Shown here: positions 29,301-39,416 of the stretch, in pieces
How the letters are laid out: each line of letters opens with the position of its first letter
Position numbering within the stretch: the first letter of the stretch is position 1
Origin: an uncultured Lentisphaeraceae bacterium
GTDB lineage: Bacteria > Verrucomicrobiota > Kiritimatiellia > RFP12 > UBA1067
Length of the DNA: 64,000 nucleotides
NCBI GenBank assembly: GCA_964567665.1
Contig: CAZMNN010000010.1
Span: forward strand, 70-64,069
Reading direction: 5' to 3'
Position numbers and translations under genes: made by a program
Notes under the pieces: generated by a model
Database searches by the model: none
Told to the model about the DNA's origin: nothing
What the model saw: only the letters and a program-made list of their open reading frames with translations

Positions 29301-30059
29301 TTCATCAAGCGCGGCGGGAGGGTCGTATGCGATGTCCTGCCCGGCGAATACGACGAACTCGGCGTGAAGCGCAAGGTGCCGCCATTTGCCGAAGACGAGG
29401 TGGATATGTTTGCGACGGCGTTCGATTCAGGTGATGAGGGGCAGAAGCGTCGGATGCTTGCGCTGCTGAAATCGGCGGCGGTCACGCCAGCGATCGAGTC
29501 CCCCACCGCAATTTCCAATCCGTACCGTGAGGCAGTGCACTACCGCGAGGGGGACGTGGATCTCTACGGTGTCATCAGAAAGCCGCAACATTCGCTTGTC
29601 GGCAAGGAGCATGACGACAACGTCGATGAGCTTGTGTTCGCGAAGCCGGGACACATCTACGATGTGCGGAGCCACAGGTATCTTGGCGTTTCCGACCGCG
29701 TTTCGGCATCCGTTCCGTACGCGGAGGCCAGCCTGTATGCCGTGCTGAAGGAGAAGATCGACGGAATTGAAGTCACAGGTCTGCCGCGTTGGCTTTCATG
29801 CGCCAGGCGCGGAGAGACGCTCGCCTTGGACTTCAAAATCATCTCACGTGACGTGACGCCATGCTATGTCCTGCACATAGAGTTCGTTCCGCCATCGGGG
29901 AAGTGTCCGTTTCATTTCAAGCGCAACGTCGCCACTGCGGAAGGTAAGGCAAGTCTCCTGTTCCCGTTGGCGCTCAACGATGAAACAGGCAAGTGGACTT
30001 TGCGCATCATTGAGCCGTTGACCGGAGTCTCTGCGGAAAGGACTTTCACCGTGAAATGA
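26372..30059 (+). CDS. Large secreted GH42-like/beta-galactosidase-type protein with N-terminal CBM-like domain; start frameshifted at A10 (26383-26392)
   Basis: ORF track 26433..30059 lacks a signal peptide; ATG 26372 joined with A9 gives MTFRKKNAFAAVVIAVVSCGVFA-AEGERPQNLIKNPRFE; GH42-like WIEWRTF and trimerization-like FKVLIMPHILAMTDREVAAVKAFIKRGGRVVCD. Confidence 0.7.
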
Positions 30060-30144
30060 AATGCCGGACGGAACATCAATCCGGCCGACCGCAGAGCATC
30101 CCGACGAAACCATTTAAATCACACAAGAACAAGGAGTGTCCATT

Positions 30145-33100
30145 ATGTTTTGCAGAACGCATATGCTTACGGTAGCGTGGACGGTTGCTGTTGCAGGCCT
30201 GTTCGCCAAAACCAACGAGGTCGGCGACGCATGGGCGCTTCAGCTTTCGAACGGAGATGTAGCCGCAGCCGTCTCGACATCGATTCCAGAAATCCTTCCC
30301 GATGTAGGAACTCCGATATTCCATCTTGACGCATCGCAGACGAATGAATGGACGATCGACGGGGGCATGGTTAGCCGAATACCGTCTCTCGTCGGCAGTC
30401 GCTACCTCGTTTCGGGTGAGGGCAAATACATCCATGAGCTGTCGAAGCGGGATGAGGCCAATGGATTGTGGGACGCAAGCGATTATTGGCAGCTCAAACT
30501 GCCGCAGGTTGCGCATGATGAGGACATTTACGCCGCAGTGCTTGACTTTGGGGCGCTTGGATCGCGCATGGCGATGCTGTTCGACTACGAGAACGACCTT
30601 GATTCCGGCATGAGCCAGCCGACAAACGTCCTTCGCGGAATCGGCACGGTCGTTGCCGTGTGGCGGCAGACCGGAGGTGCGATCCTTGGCGGAGGGGTGG
30701 GATTGAATGGTGGCGGAGACTGCAACGGCCAGATGTGGGTGCGCGGAACATCGATGAATTGCGAGAGCGAGACGATTGCATCGCTGCGGACAACGAACCC
30801 CGACTGCTCATCGCCGCTTCTGTGGTGTCCGGGATCGCCCACTGGCGGCTACAACAACATGGCGTTCAATCCGGCCTTGAACGGCATATCGCGGGAAAAC
30901 GGCATCCCCGCCAACACTTGGCTCACAGGGCGGACGGCGGATTGGACAGTTACCTCGCTTCTGCCCACAAACAACCTTGGAAACTCAAACGGATTGGGGC
31001 TTGGCATTGTGCGACAGAACGAATCGAAGCTTTCAGGCGGCCTGAAAATCGCCGAGATGGTCATTTATGGCGAGACGCTTGACGTGTTCAGGGTGAAGCA
31101 GGTTGAGGATTACCTCGCGAAGAAATGGCTTGGACGCAGCAGATACGGCACAGACGGCAGGTCTCGAATGCTGTCGGTTGCCGGACATTCAAAGGAGAAG
31201 TCCCGCAACGGTGTCAGGACGGAGATAAACGTGCCGGATGGCGCGTCGCTTGAACTGGGGGAATATGCCGGCGGACGCGGAACAGGCGTCTCTATCGATA
31301 AGACCGGCAACGGCGTACTGTCGGTTTCGGATCTCCGCAACTACCCCGGAAGGCTGGCGATAAAGGAGGGAACGTTGCGCTTCGGCGGACGCCACGCCGC
31401 CACGGCGATACCGGTTGCGCCGTTTCTCCACTTCGACGTCTCCGAAAGCAATTCCGTGACCACGGAGACGATAGATGGCGTAAAGTATGTGAAAAGGATG
31501 GCCAACATTGCCGAATCGTCGTATCGCGGAGAGCGCATATCGGCAAAGGCGGGCGAGAGTCCAAATCCGCCGCCTGTCCTCGTGGAAGGTGTTTTCACCG
31601 CCGCAGACGGCTCTCAGATGTCCGCCGTCAATTTGCTTGAAGACAGAAGGTTCGGCACATCCGCCGAAACGTCGGGAGCATACTTCCGGTTCGTCAATTC
31701 AAAGGACGAGGGCCTAAGCATAGACGGATTGACCACGGTGATAGCAGTGGTGAGTCCGGGAGCGAAAGGCGGTACACTCCTCGGAAACGTCCGTTCATGC
31801 GCGGCAGACCCGTCGGCGACGTATTCCACGGGATGCTATTTTGACCGCGATCAGGACACCATAGCATCGTGGAGTTCATATGCCGCTCCGCTTCTCGGCA
31901 CGAAACCGTTCGCCAGAATACACCCGACGCTTGTGCCGACGAACGGCATCGTGATGATAGACGGCGTGAAGAGGGATGTCCGCGCCGGATATGACAGACA
32001 GGGCTTTCAGGTGGTGGCGCTTCAGGTTCCGGGATCGTGCGTATCCTCAATCGGAGCCTCGTTCAATTCGGCATACGCCGGAGGATTCATGTTTTCGGAA
32101 ATCGCAATATACAGCCATCCGCTGTCTGAAGAGGAGTTGCGCGACGTTTCCGCATACATGAGCGCGAAGTGGCTTGGGTGCTCCATTCCGGGATATCTTT
32201 CCGCTTCCGGCATGGCGTCGCCGCCGATCGTGCAGGATCTGCTGCTTGAGGACGGAACCACCGTGGACGTTCCGTCTGGCATGGTCGCCCGCGTGAGGCT
32301 TGCGGACTTTTCGACTTCGTTCACGAAGACGGGCGGCGGTTCGCTTCAGATCGAGAATCCTTCCAACATAGCGCTTGTCGGCGCCAAACTGCGGGAAGGC
32401 ACAATCGACTTCATCGCTCCGCTCGACCATGACGCCGAAAGCGGCTACGCCGTCTCTCCGTCGCTCCATCTCGATGCGGATGAAACGAACCGCATGGATT
32501 TCGCCTCTGACGGCAAGACGGTAAAGGCGTGGTATGACATCCACCGGCGCGACGGAGTGTCCGCATTTGCCAACGTCGGCTATCCCGCTCTCATCGCGGC
32601 GGCCTGCACCAACAGGCAGAGGAAGATACACAACGCCGTCACGTTCGGCGGATTCCGGTCCGGTGCGCGCGCCGAACTGCTGCGTCCGCTCCACGGAGTG
32701 CGTTCGGCATACATTGTCGCCGCAAGGGGCGCCGCCAATGCCCATATAGGCGCATTGCTCGGGACGGCCTCCGCTTTCTGCAACGGAAGCGGCAGCCCGG
32801 ACGAGGATGTCGTAGACTTTTTCTACGGGACCGACAGCAACGGGTGGCCGAGCAGTCCGTTTTCCCCGGTGCCGTCGAAAGGCGCGACCGTAAGGTACAA
32901 CTGCGGCGAGACGCTGTACTTCACGAACGGCGTGTCTGTCTCGGCGGCGCAGAACGTATTGCCGCCGACGGACGAGTTCGACTACCGTCTGTATGAAGTG
33001 CATCTTCCTGTCGGTGCGCACGTCTCTGCGCTTTGCGGCATCGGAACGAGCCCGAACTACAGCGGCGGATGGAGATACGGTGAGATACTTCTTTACGAGC

Positions 33101-34617
33101 GCGAACTGAGCGAACGCGAGAAGGTCGCGACGCGCAACCATCTCGCAAGGAAATGGCTTGGCGTCGCGGATGAGGGGCTTTCGCCGCTTCCGGAACCCGC
33201 GCCGCAGCCGGATCAGTGCGTATTGGCAAACCTTGACGTGGAGGACGGTGCGTCGATGAGCGTGCAGGAGGGAAGAACGCTCACGTATGGACAGATTGTC
33301 GGCACAGGCGATTTCGCAAAGGTCGGGGGCGGCACTCTTGCGGTGAACGACATCGTCGGATTTACCGGCACCGTATCTGTTGCGGAGGGCGCTTTCAGGA
33401 TTTGCCATGCTCTGCCGCCGGAGGAGCCTGCGATGCCGGATGCCTCCAAGGGGCTTGCAGTCCATCTTGACGCCTCACGCGCTGATACGATGTCCATCTG
33501 CGAAAGCAACGGCACGATGTACGTCAACGAATGGAGAAGCCTCACGGGGAACGGCATGAGGGCGGTGCCTCGCGGCGGAGACGGAAAGACAATGCTGGTC
33601 TCCCATGCGGATCTCAGGAATTCCATGGATGCCGTCAAGATGCCGGACAACGAATCGTCGATGGTCTTCAAGGATGCCGAAGGGAACCGGTTTTCCGTCA
33701 CGAACGTGTTGAGCGTCCTGTGGGTGCTTGGTTCGCATGATGGCGGCGGCACGATTCTCGGCAACGAATTTGCGAATCCGAAGAGCGGGAGCGCAAACGG
33801 ATGGTTCCGTGGGGCGCAGACATACGGCATCCGGCCGGAGGACTTCCTCATCTACAGCGGTGCGTGCGCCGGGGTGCGTACGGCGGAGTTCTGCATAAAC
33901 GACAGGCGACTTTCGGCAGGTACGCAGCTTTGGCCGGAAGGAGTGACGGACGCAACTCCGCTCAATACGGGATTGTCCGGCGGCTGGGATTTCATCAGCT
34001 GTCGCGTCCATGAGGGAACGTACGCGAATGCCGTAAGTGCGGATTCGCTCGCCTACAACTCCACTGCATCAGGTGCGCGTTCCGGTCATCAGCGCCTTGC
34101 CGAGATTCTCATATACACAAACATGCTTACGGCGGCGGAGTGCCGTCGTGCCGGATATGCCATGCGGGCGAAGTGGGGGCTTGAAAGGTGGCAGCGTTCC
34201 ATGTCGAATGCGGTGCACATGGTGGTTGGCGCAGATGCGGCGCTTGATCTGGGCGGCACCAACCAGTACCTGAACGCCATAGGTGGCGCCGGCCGGATAG
34301 TGAACGGCAACCTTTCGGTAAGCGGCATGGACTGCGATTTCGCCTCCACGGGCTGTTTGGAGATGGAAGGGACTCTGACCGTGGGCGATGGGTTCACCCT
34401 GAACCTCATGAACGTGGACGCGGTTCTCGGCGGATTCGCGGATCTGACGATACCGCTTATCCGTGCATCGATGGTGGTTGGAGCAGAGAACCTTTCACGC
34501 TTTACGGTGAAGGGCGAGGAGCTTCCGAAGTACGTGAGAGTCCGTCTGCGGGCAGGGAAGAATGGCGAGGTGGTCGCCCGCTTCTTCGGGACAGGGCTTA
34601 AGATACACGTCTTTTAA
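30145..34617 (+). CDS. Giant secreted protein with four LamG/ConA-like modules and beta-strand repeats; C-terminal GLKIHVF
   Basis: AGGAG SD, ATG 30145; four H[LF]D...KW modules joined by K[TV]G[NG]G.L repeats. Confidence 0.85.
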   Translation: MFCRTHMLTVAWTVAVAGLFAKTNEVGDAWALQLSNGDVAAAVSTSIPEILPDVGTPIFHLDASQTNEWTIDGGMVSRIPSLVGSRYLVSGEGKYIHELSKRDEANGLWDASDYWQLKLPQVAHDEDIYAAVLDFGALGSRMAMLFDYENDLDSGMSQPTNVLRGIGTVVAVWRQTGGAILGGGVGLNGGGDCNGQMWVRGTSMNCESETIASLRTTNPDCSSPLLWCPGSPTGGYNNMAFNPALNGISRENGIPANTWLTGRTADWTVTSLLPTNNLGNSNGLGLGIVRQNESKLSGGLKIAEMVIYGETLDVFRVKQVEDYLAKKWLGRSRYGTDGRSRMLSVAGHSKEKSRNGVRTEINVPDGASLELGEYAGGRGTGVSIDKTGNGVLSVSDLRNYPGRLAIKEGTLRFGGRHAATAIPVAPFLHFDVSESNSVTTETIDGVKYVKRMANIAESSYRGERISAKAGESPNPPPVLVEGVFTAADGSQMSAVNLLEDRRFGTSAETSGAYFRFVNSKDEGLSIDGLTTVIAVVSPGAKGGTLLGNVRSCAADPSATYSTGCYFDRDQDTIASWSSYAAPLLGTKPFARIHPTLVPTNGIVMIDGVKRDVRAGYDRQGFQVVALQVPGSCVSSIGASFNSAYAGGFMFSEIAIYSHPLSEEELRDVSAYMSAKWLGCSIPGYLSASGMASPPIVQDLLLEDGTTVDVPSGMVARVRLADFSTSFTKTGGGSLQIENPSNIALVGAKLREGTIDFIAPLDHDAESGYAVSPSLHLDADETNRMDFASDGKTVKAWYDIHRRDGVSAFANVGYPALIAAACTNRQRKIHNAVTFGGFRSGARAELLRPLHGVRSAYIVAARGAANAHIGALLGTASAFCNGSGSPDEDVVDFFYGTDSNGWPSSPFSPVPSKGATVRYNCGETLYFTNGVSVSAAQNVLPPTDEFDYRLYEVHLPVGAHVSALCGIGTSPNYSGGWRYGEILLYERELSEREKVATRNHLARKWLGVADEGLSPLPEPAPQPDQCVLANLDVEDGASMSVQEGRTLTYGQIVGTGDFAKVGGGTLAVNDIVGFTGTVSVAEGAFRICHALPPEEPAMPDASKGLAVHLDASRADTMSICESNGTMYVNEWRSLTGNGMRAVPRGGDGKTMLVSHADLRNSMDAVKMPDNESSMVFKDAEGNRFSVTNVLSVLWVLGSHDGGGTILGNEFANPKSGSANGWFRGAQTYGIRPEDFLIYSGACAGVRTAEFCINDRRLSAGTQLWPEGVTDATPLNTGLSGGWDFISCRVHEGTYANAVSADSLAYNSTASGARSGHQRLAEILIYTNMLTAAECRRAGYAMRAKWGLERWQRSMSNAVHMVVGADAALDLGGTNQYLNAIGGAGRIVNGNLSVSGMDCDFASTGCLEMEGTLTVGDGFTLNLMNVDAVLGGFADLTIPLIRASMVVGAENLSRFTVKGEELPKYVRVRLRAGKNGEVVARFFGTGLKIHVF

Positions 34618-34631
34618 TGCATTGCCGCAGG

Positions 34632-34672
34632 GTGGAGGTTGATGTCTGTCAATCTCCACTTTGTGCTTTTTT
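34632..34672 (+). terminator. Rho-independent terminator
   Basis: GTGGAGGTTGA-tgtctg-TCAATCTCCAC followed by TTTGTGCTTTTTT. Confidence 0.75.
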
Positions 34673-34738
34673 GAGTGGAAAAGGAAACGGCTTTTTGGCA
34701 TATTGTGCGGTGTCGGATTTTAAAGGTGGCAGGTTGCA

Positions 34739-37700
34739 ATGAATAAGTGTGCGAAAGTGTTGACTATGTTCGCGTTGGTGGCGGCGGCCATCCGCGCAGT
34801 GGCGTCTGCGGATGGTTACGTGATTGAGCGCGACGCAGGCGCGGTATGGCAGGACGGAATGTTCATCGGCAACGGAAGCCATGGAGTGCTTGCCTATGCG
34901 CCGTCCCATCTTGAGTGGGTCATAAACAAGAATGACGTCTTTGACCGCCGTGTCGCTCCGTGCGACTACACGCCACATTCAGATGTGATGGAGTATGTGC
35001 GCACGAACTCCGTCGCGAGCGTTGCATACCTTGCCGGGAGCGACAGGAGGGATGCGGCGGCGGTCGGAGGCGATGTTCTCACAAGCAGCATATCGGCAGC
35101 GATCCTGCGCATCAGGTTCTGGGGCGGGGTGGGCTGGAACGCTCCGGCCGTTCCGCTTGTCAGGCAGCGGCTTGACATGGCGGAAGGTGCGCTGCACGAA
35201 GAGATGACATCCCCCGCGCTTTCGCCACAGGCGACGACAATCGTGCACAGGGAGCGCGATGTGGTGGCGGTGCGTCTGCGCGATCCGTCGAATGCGAATC
35301 GCCTTGCAGTGATTGAGATGTCCCGTCCGGAGGATCCCCGGATGAAGACGCCGCCGGCCTTTTCCGTAGATGGCGATGTCGTTTCGTTCGAGCAGCGTTT
35401 GCCGTACGGGGATTCGTACGCAGTTGCGATGTTAGTCGCCGGAGGTTCCGCCGCAGAGTGCAACGGACTTTCGGGGCGGGTAAGGGTGAGCGGTGCGCAT
35501 GACGTCTTCATCGCGGTGAGGCCGACAAGGGCGGAGGCGGTTGCGGCTGTCCGCGATGCCGGCAAGGCGACTTTCGACGTGCTTCGCGACGGGAACGCCG
35601 CATGGTGGCGGAGATTCTGGAAGGACGGCGGCAGGGCGACGTTCGTGTCTGAACCGGAGATTGACAGAAACTGGAAACATTCGCTTTTCGCACTTGCAGG
35701 TCAGTTTGGTGCGGCGCCAATGCCCGCTCTGAACGGCCTTGTCTACGGCCCGCTTGATTCTGGATGCGCCGGCGTTGGTTCGAACTGCTATGTGCATGAC
35801 CAGAACGTGCAGATTCCGCTGATGCCGTTCTTCCCCGTGAACCGCTGCTCATTCGTCAGGCCGTTCATCGCGACGTATGCGGCCTGCATGGACGAATTGA
35901 AGCGGCGCACCGCCGAGATGTTCGGCAAGGATGTGCACGGCGCATATCTTCCCCTGAACATGAACGCGATGGGAGTGGAGCATCCCATCGGCGAATACCG
36001 GTACACGCTGTGCGGCGGTGCGTATTCGGGGCTGATACTTTCACAGGCATGGCGGTATTCCCGCGACGTCGCCTTGCTGAAGGAGATGTATCCCGTCCTC
36101 AAGGAGTTCATAAGGTTCTACACCGACACCATGACGAAGGACGAAAACGGAACGTACCATTTCGTCTGGAGCGTACCGCCTGAGATATTTACCGGCACGA
36201 AGGATGAACTGGCGATTGTCGCCTGTCTTAAGACGTGTCTTGAGACTGCCATAGAGGCGGCGCAGACCCTCAAGACGGACGAGAGCGACGTTGCGCTTTG
36301 GAAGGACGTTCTCGCGCACTACCCTGCGTTCGCGAGGCACAGCGGCGGAGGATGGTGGGGAGGCCCGGACATCCCTGATGACCACTACATGTATGGCGGG
36401 CATCTTTTCTATCCGTTCTTCCCTGCGGAGGCCAACCTTGACCGCGATGTGGCGGAGCGTACGCTCGCCTACACCTGGACAAACGCCGTGGAAATCGCGT
36501 GGACAACCGACGAACCGCATCCGAACCACGAATGGAGCGCGTTCTACACCGGAACCGCCAGGATGAGGCTCCATGATTCTGCCGACGGATGGAAGGCTCT
36601 CACCGATTTCCTCGGTTGGTTCGGAAAGCCCAACGGCCTGTTCTCGCACAATCCGGTGATTGTCACCGGCATTACGCGCACACAGATGGCGGCGAATGTC
36701 GCAAGATTGCCGCCGCTCGTCCTTCGCGGCACGAATGGAAGGCGAGGCGTGTGGGGACGCGGCGGCGGGCTTGACCTCACCGCAAATCCCGATTCAAAAC
36801 GCCTGGTGTGTCCGGTTCTCGAAGGCGGCGCGGCGTTTCTCCACATGGCGACCGAGTCGCTTCTTCAGAGCTGGGGCGGCGAAATACGCCTCTTCCCGTG
36901 CGTTCCGCCGAAATTCACGGGACGCTTCGAGAACTTCCTTGCGCAGGGAGGGTATGTGGTATCCGCAGAGATGAAGGATGGCCGGCTTGTGGACTACTCA
37001 ATAAGCGGCGGGGACGGTGCTGCCTCCGTCAAGGTGAGCTGTCCGACGGATCCGGACTTCGTTCAGCTGCCGGGCGAGCCTGCATGGAAAAAGCCAATCG
37101 CTCCGACGGCATTCCCCGACATCCTTTCGGCGTATGTGTTCCGGAACTGGGGAGTGGTCGAGCCGCAGACGCTTGCGGACGCCATAGGCGCGAAGCGGGA
37201 GGATGTTGTCCGCATTGCGGAGGAGATGGGGCTTCGCCGCGACGTCAAGGTCTCGCCGCTCTGGAAAAGCCTTGGTTACGTGACGGTTCTTCGCCACAAT
37301 TGGCATCTTGTTCCGTATTCGCAGCTGATGTCCCTGACCGGAAAGAGCCGCCGTGAAATGCGCTATGCGCTGACGGAGGACGACTATCTTGAATCCAAGC
37401 TCGGAATGCCGAAGCCGAGCTGTCCGCGTCTGGAATATTCCGGTGAACTCGCCGAAAGCGGACGCGCTGCGCGGCTTGAGATACGCCGCAGGCTTGAAGA
37501 GGAGGGCGTTCTGCCGATTGACGGCGATGACGGCGAACCGCGCTTCTCGTTTATCGAAAGGTTCGGCGGATTGAAGCCGATGCGGCGCGACGGCAACGAG
37601 GCGCTGTTCGACCTGCGCATGGTCTATCCGTTTTCCGCAGACTACGGCGACGTAGTGGGGGACGATTCGCTTGCATCCTGTCCGGAAGGGCTTTTCGCAG

Positions 37701-39256
37701 ATCTTGCGGCGCGAGGGGTCAATGCCGTGTGGCTGCACGCCGTCCTTTCCGAACTTACGACCGATCCGGCGTATCCGGAGTTCGGTGCGCAGGCGGAGAG
37801 GCGCACGGCTAATCTGCGGCGCATCGTGTCTCTTGCGGGGAAGCACGGCGTCAAGGTGATCCTCTACATAAACGAGCCTCGTGCGCAGCCGTCATCTTTC
37901 TTCGACAGGCCTGGGCGCGAAAGCATACGCGGTTCGCGCCGCACCAGAAGGGGGAATGCGTACAACTGCATGTGTACTCGTCAGCCGGAGACACTGCGCT
38001 GGCTGCGTGACTCGATGGCGCAGCTGTTCAGGAACGTGCCGGGGCTTGGCGGTGTGTTCACAATCACGATGAGCGAAAACGACACACACTGCGCAAGCGC
38101 GTTTCACGTCAACAACACCTGCGAACGATGCAAGGGGCGCCCGTATTCCGAGTTCATACTTGATGTCAATGCCGCCATCCATGCAGGCGTCAGGTCCGCC
38201 AGCCCGGATGCGCACGTTATCTTCTACGATACGGCATGGCCCGATGACGCCGTCAGGACGGTCGTCCCGCACCTTCCGAAGGACGGACGTCTTGTTCTGT
38301 GGAGCGAGAAGCTGCTGCCGTTCAGGCAGGCGGGGATGGATCTCCTCGTGAACGAGTATTCGATATCCCATCCTGGCCCGGCGCCTCGTGCGCTTCCGTT
38401 GTGGGCGGCGGCGAGAGCTGCGGGATTGAAGGCGGACGCCAAACTTCAGGTCAACACCTCGTGGGAGATATGTGCAACGCCATATCTCCCGACTGTGGAT
38501 CTTGTTGCCGAACATATCGGCAATCTTGCGGAGAACGGCATTGACGGGCTGATGCTGTCTTGGTCGCTCGGCGGCTTCCCGTCGCCGAACCTTGCGCTTG
38601 TCGAACGCTTCCGGCGCAACGCAAACGACATTGACGCAATCCTTGACGGATTGGCCGCCGACCTGTATGGCGTTTCATCCGTCCAGCCGGTGCGCATGGC
38701 GTGGAAGAGGTATTCGGACGCATTCAGGAACTATCCGCTCCAGTGGCAGACCGTCTACTATTCGCCTGTGCAGCTTGGCCCCGCAAACCTTCTCTATCCG
38801 AAGAAGACAGGCTGGAATGCCACGATGGTGAACACGGCGTATGACGACCTGAAGCGCTGGACGGACGGGTATGCGGCGAACAGGGGTGCGTGGTTGGATC
38901 TGATGCAGTCGGTCGCGGACGGTTTTGATGAAGGAGACAGGCTTTGGCGCGATGCGGTCGCCGGAATGTCCGGGGCGGCAAAGGAGGTTGCGCTTCGCGA
39001 GCAGTCGTTTTTCCGGGCGGCCACGCTGCATTTTAGGTCTGCCGCAGATCAGGCAAGATTCATTCAGGCGCGTGATGGCGGTGATGCCGTCCGCATGAGG
39101 GAGATCGCAGCCCGTGAACTGTCCACAGCGAAAGAGATGCTCGGACTTGTCCTCCGCGAAAGCGCCATCGGCTACGAAAGCTCAAACCGCTACATGTACG
39201 TTCCGAACGACATGAGGGAGAAGATTCTCGTGTGCCGCAAACTGCTCGACCCGTAA
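34739..39256 (+). CDS. Secreted two-enzyme fusion: GH95-like N-half plus unknown GH-like TIM-barrel C-half
   Basis: Signal peptide; GMFIGNG; IRLFPCVP..FTGRFENFLAQGGYVVSAEMKDG typical of the GH95/GH65 C-terminus; second domain from PTAFPDILSAYVFRNWG. Confidence 0.65.
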   Translation: MNKCAKVLTMFALVAAAIRAVASADGYVIERDAGAVWQDGMFIGNGSHGVLAYAPSHLEWVINKNDVFDRRVAPCDYTPHSDVMEYVRTNSVASVAYLAGSDRRDAAAVGGDVLTSSISAAILRIRFWGGVGWNAPAVPLVRQRLDMAEGALHEEMTSPALSPQATTIVHRERDVVAVRLRDPSNANRLAVIEMSRPEDPRMKTPPAFSVDGDVVSFEQRLPYGDSYAVAMLVAGGSAAECNGLSGRVRVSGAHDVFIAVRPTRAEAVAAVRDAGKATFDVLRDGNAAWWRRFWKDGGRATFVSEPEIDRNWKHSLFALAGQFGAAPMPALNGLVYGPLDSGCAGVGSNCYVHDQNVQIPLMPFFPVNRCSFVRPFIATYAACMDELKRRTAEMFGKDVHGAYLPLNMNAMGVEHPIGEYRYTLCGGAYSGLILSQAWRYSRDVALLKEMYPVLKEFIRFYTDTMTKDENGTYHFVWSVPPEIFTGTKDELAIVACLKTCLETAIEAAQTLKTDESDVALWKDVLAHYPAFARHSGGGWWGGPDIPDDHYMYGGHLFYPFFPAEANLDRDVAERTLAYTWTNAVEIAWTTDEPHPNHEWSAFYTGTARMRLHDSADGWKALTDFLGWFGKPNGLFSHNPVIVTGITRTQMAANVARLPPLVLRGTNGRRGVWGRGGGLDLTANPDSKRLVCPVLEGGAAFLHMATESLLQSWGGEIRLFPCVPPKFTGRFENFLAQGGYVVSAEMKDGRLVDYSISGGDGAASVKVSCPTDPDFVQLPGEPAWKKPIAPTAFPDILSAYVFRNWGVVEPQTLADAIGAKREDVVRIAEEMGLRRDVKVSPLWKSLGYVTVLRHNWHLVPYSQLMSLTGKSRREMRYALTEDDYLESKLGMPKPSCPRLEYSGELAESGRAARLEIRRRLEEEGVLPIDGDDGEPRFSFIERFGGLKPMRRDGNEALFDLRMVYPFSADYGDVVGDDSLASCPEGLFADLAARGVNAVWLHAVLSELTTDPAYPEFGAQAERRTANLRRIVSLAGKHGVKVILYINEPRAQPSSFFDRPGRESIRGSRRTRRGNAYNCMCTRQPETLRWLRDSMAQLFRNVPGLGGVFTITMSENDTHCASAFHVNNTCERCKGRPYSEFILDVNAAIHAGVRSASPDAHVIFYDTAWPDDAVRTVVPHLPKDGRLVLWSEKLLPFRQAGMDLLVNEYSISHPGPAPRALPLWAAARAAGLKADAKLQVNTSWEICATPYLPTVDLVAEHIGNLAENGIDGLMLSWSLGGFPSPNLALVERFRRNANDIDAILDGLAADLYGVSSVQPVRMAWKRYSDAFRNYPLQWQTVYYSPVQLGPANLLYPKKTGWNATMVNTAYDDLKRWTDGYAANRGAWLDLMQSVADGFDEGDRLWRDAVAGMSGAAKEVALREQSFFRAATLHFRSAADQARFIQARDGGDAVRMREIAARELSTAKEMLGLVLRESAIGYESSNRYMYVPNDMREKILVCRKLLDP

Positions 39257-39264
39257 GGCGGCAT

Positions 39265-39293
39265 TTGCCAATTGAACCCTGTTATGGTATACT
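39265..39293 (+). promoter_or_regulatory. Sigma70 promoter of tRNA-Thr
   Basis: TTGCCA-17 nt-TATACT. Confidence 0.75.
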
Positions 39294-39309
39294 GAACCCA
39301 ATTTTCATT

Positions 39310-39384
39310 GCCGGTATAGCGTAGTGGTAGCGCAGCGGTTTTGTAAACCGCGGGTCGGGGGTTCGAATCCCTCTGCCGGCTCCA
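39310..39384 (+). tRNA. tRNA-Thr (anticodon TGT)
   Basis: Acceptor GCCGGTA/TGCCGGC, anticodon arm GCGGT-TTTGTAA-ACCGC, T-loop GTTCGAATC, encoded CCA. Confidence 0.97.
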
Positions 39385-39416
39385 ATGCAAAGGCCTCGAT
39401 GGTCGGGGGAGTCCTC

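Noticed and set aside
39310-39384. tRNA-Thr as an integration site of a genomic island
   Set aside because: I saw no duplicated tRNA 3' end and no integrase in the window.
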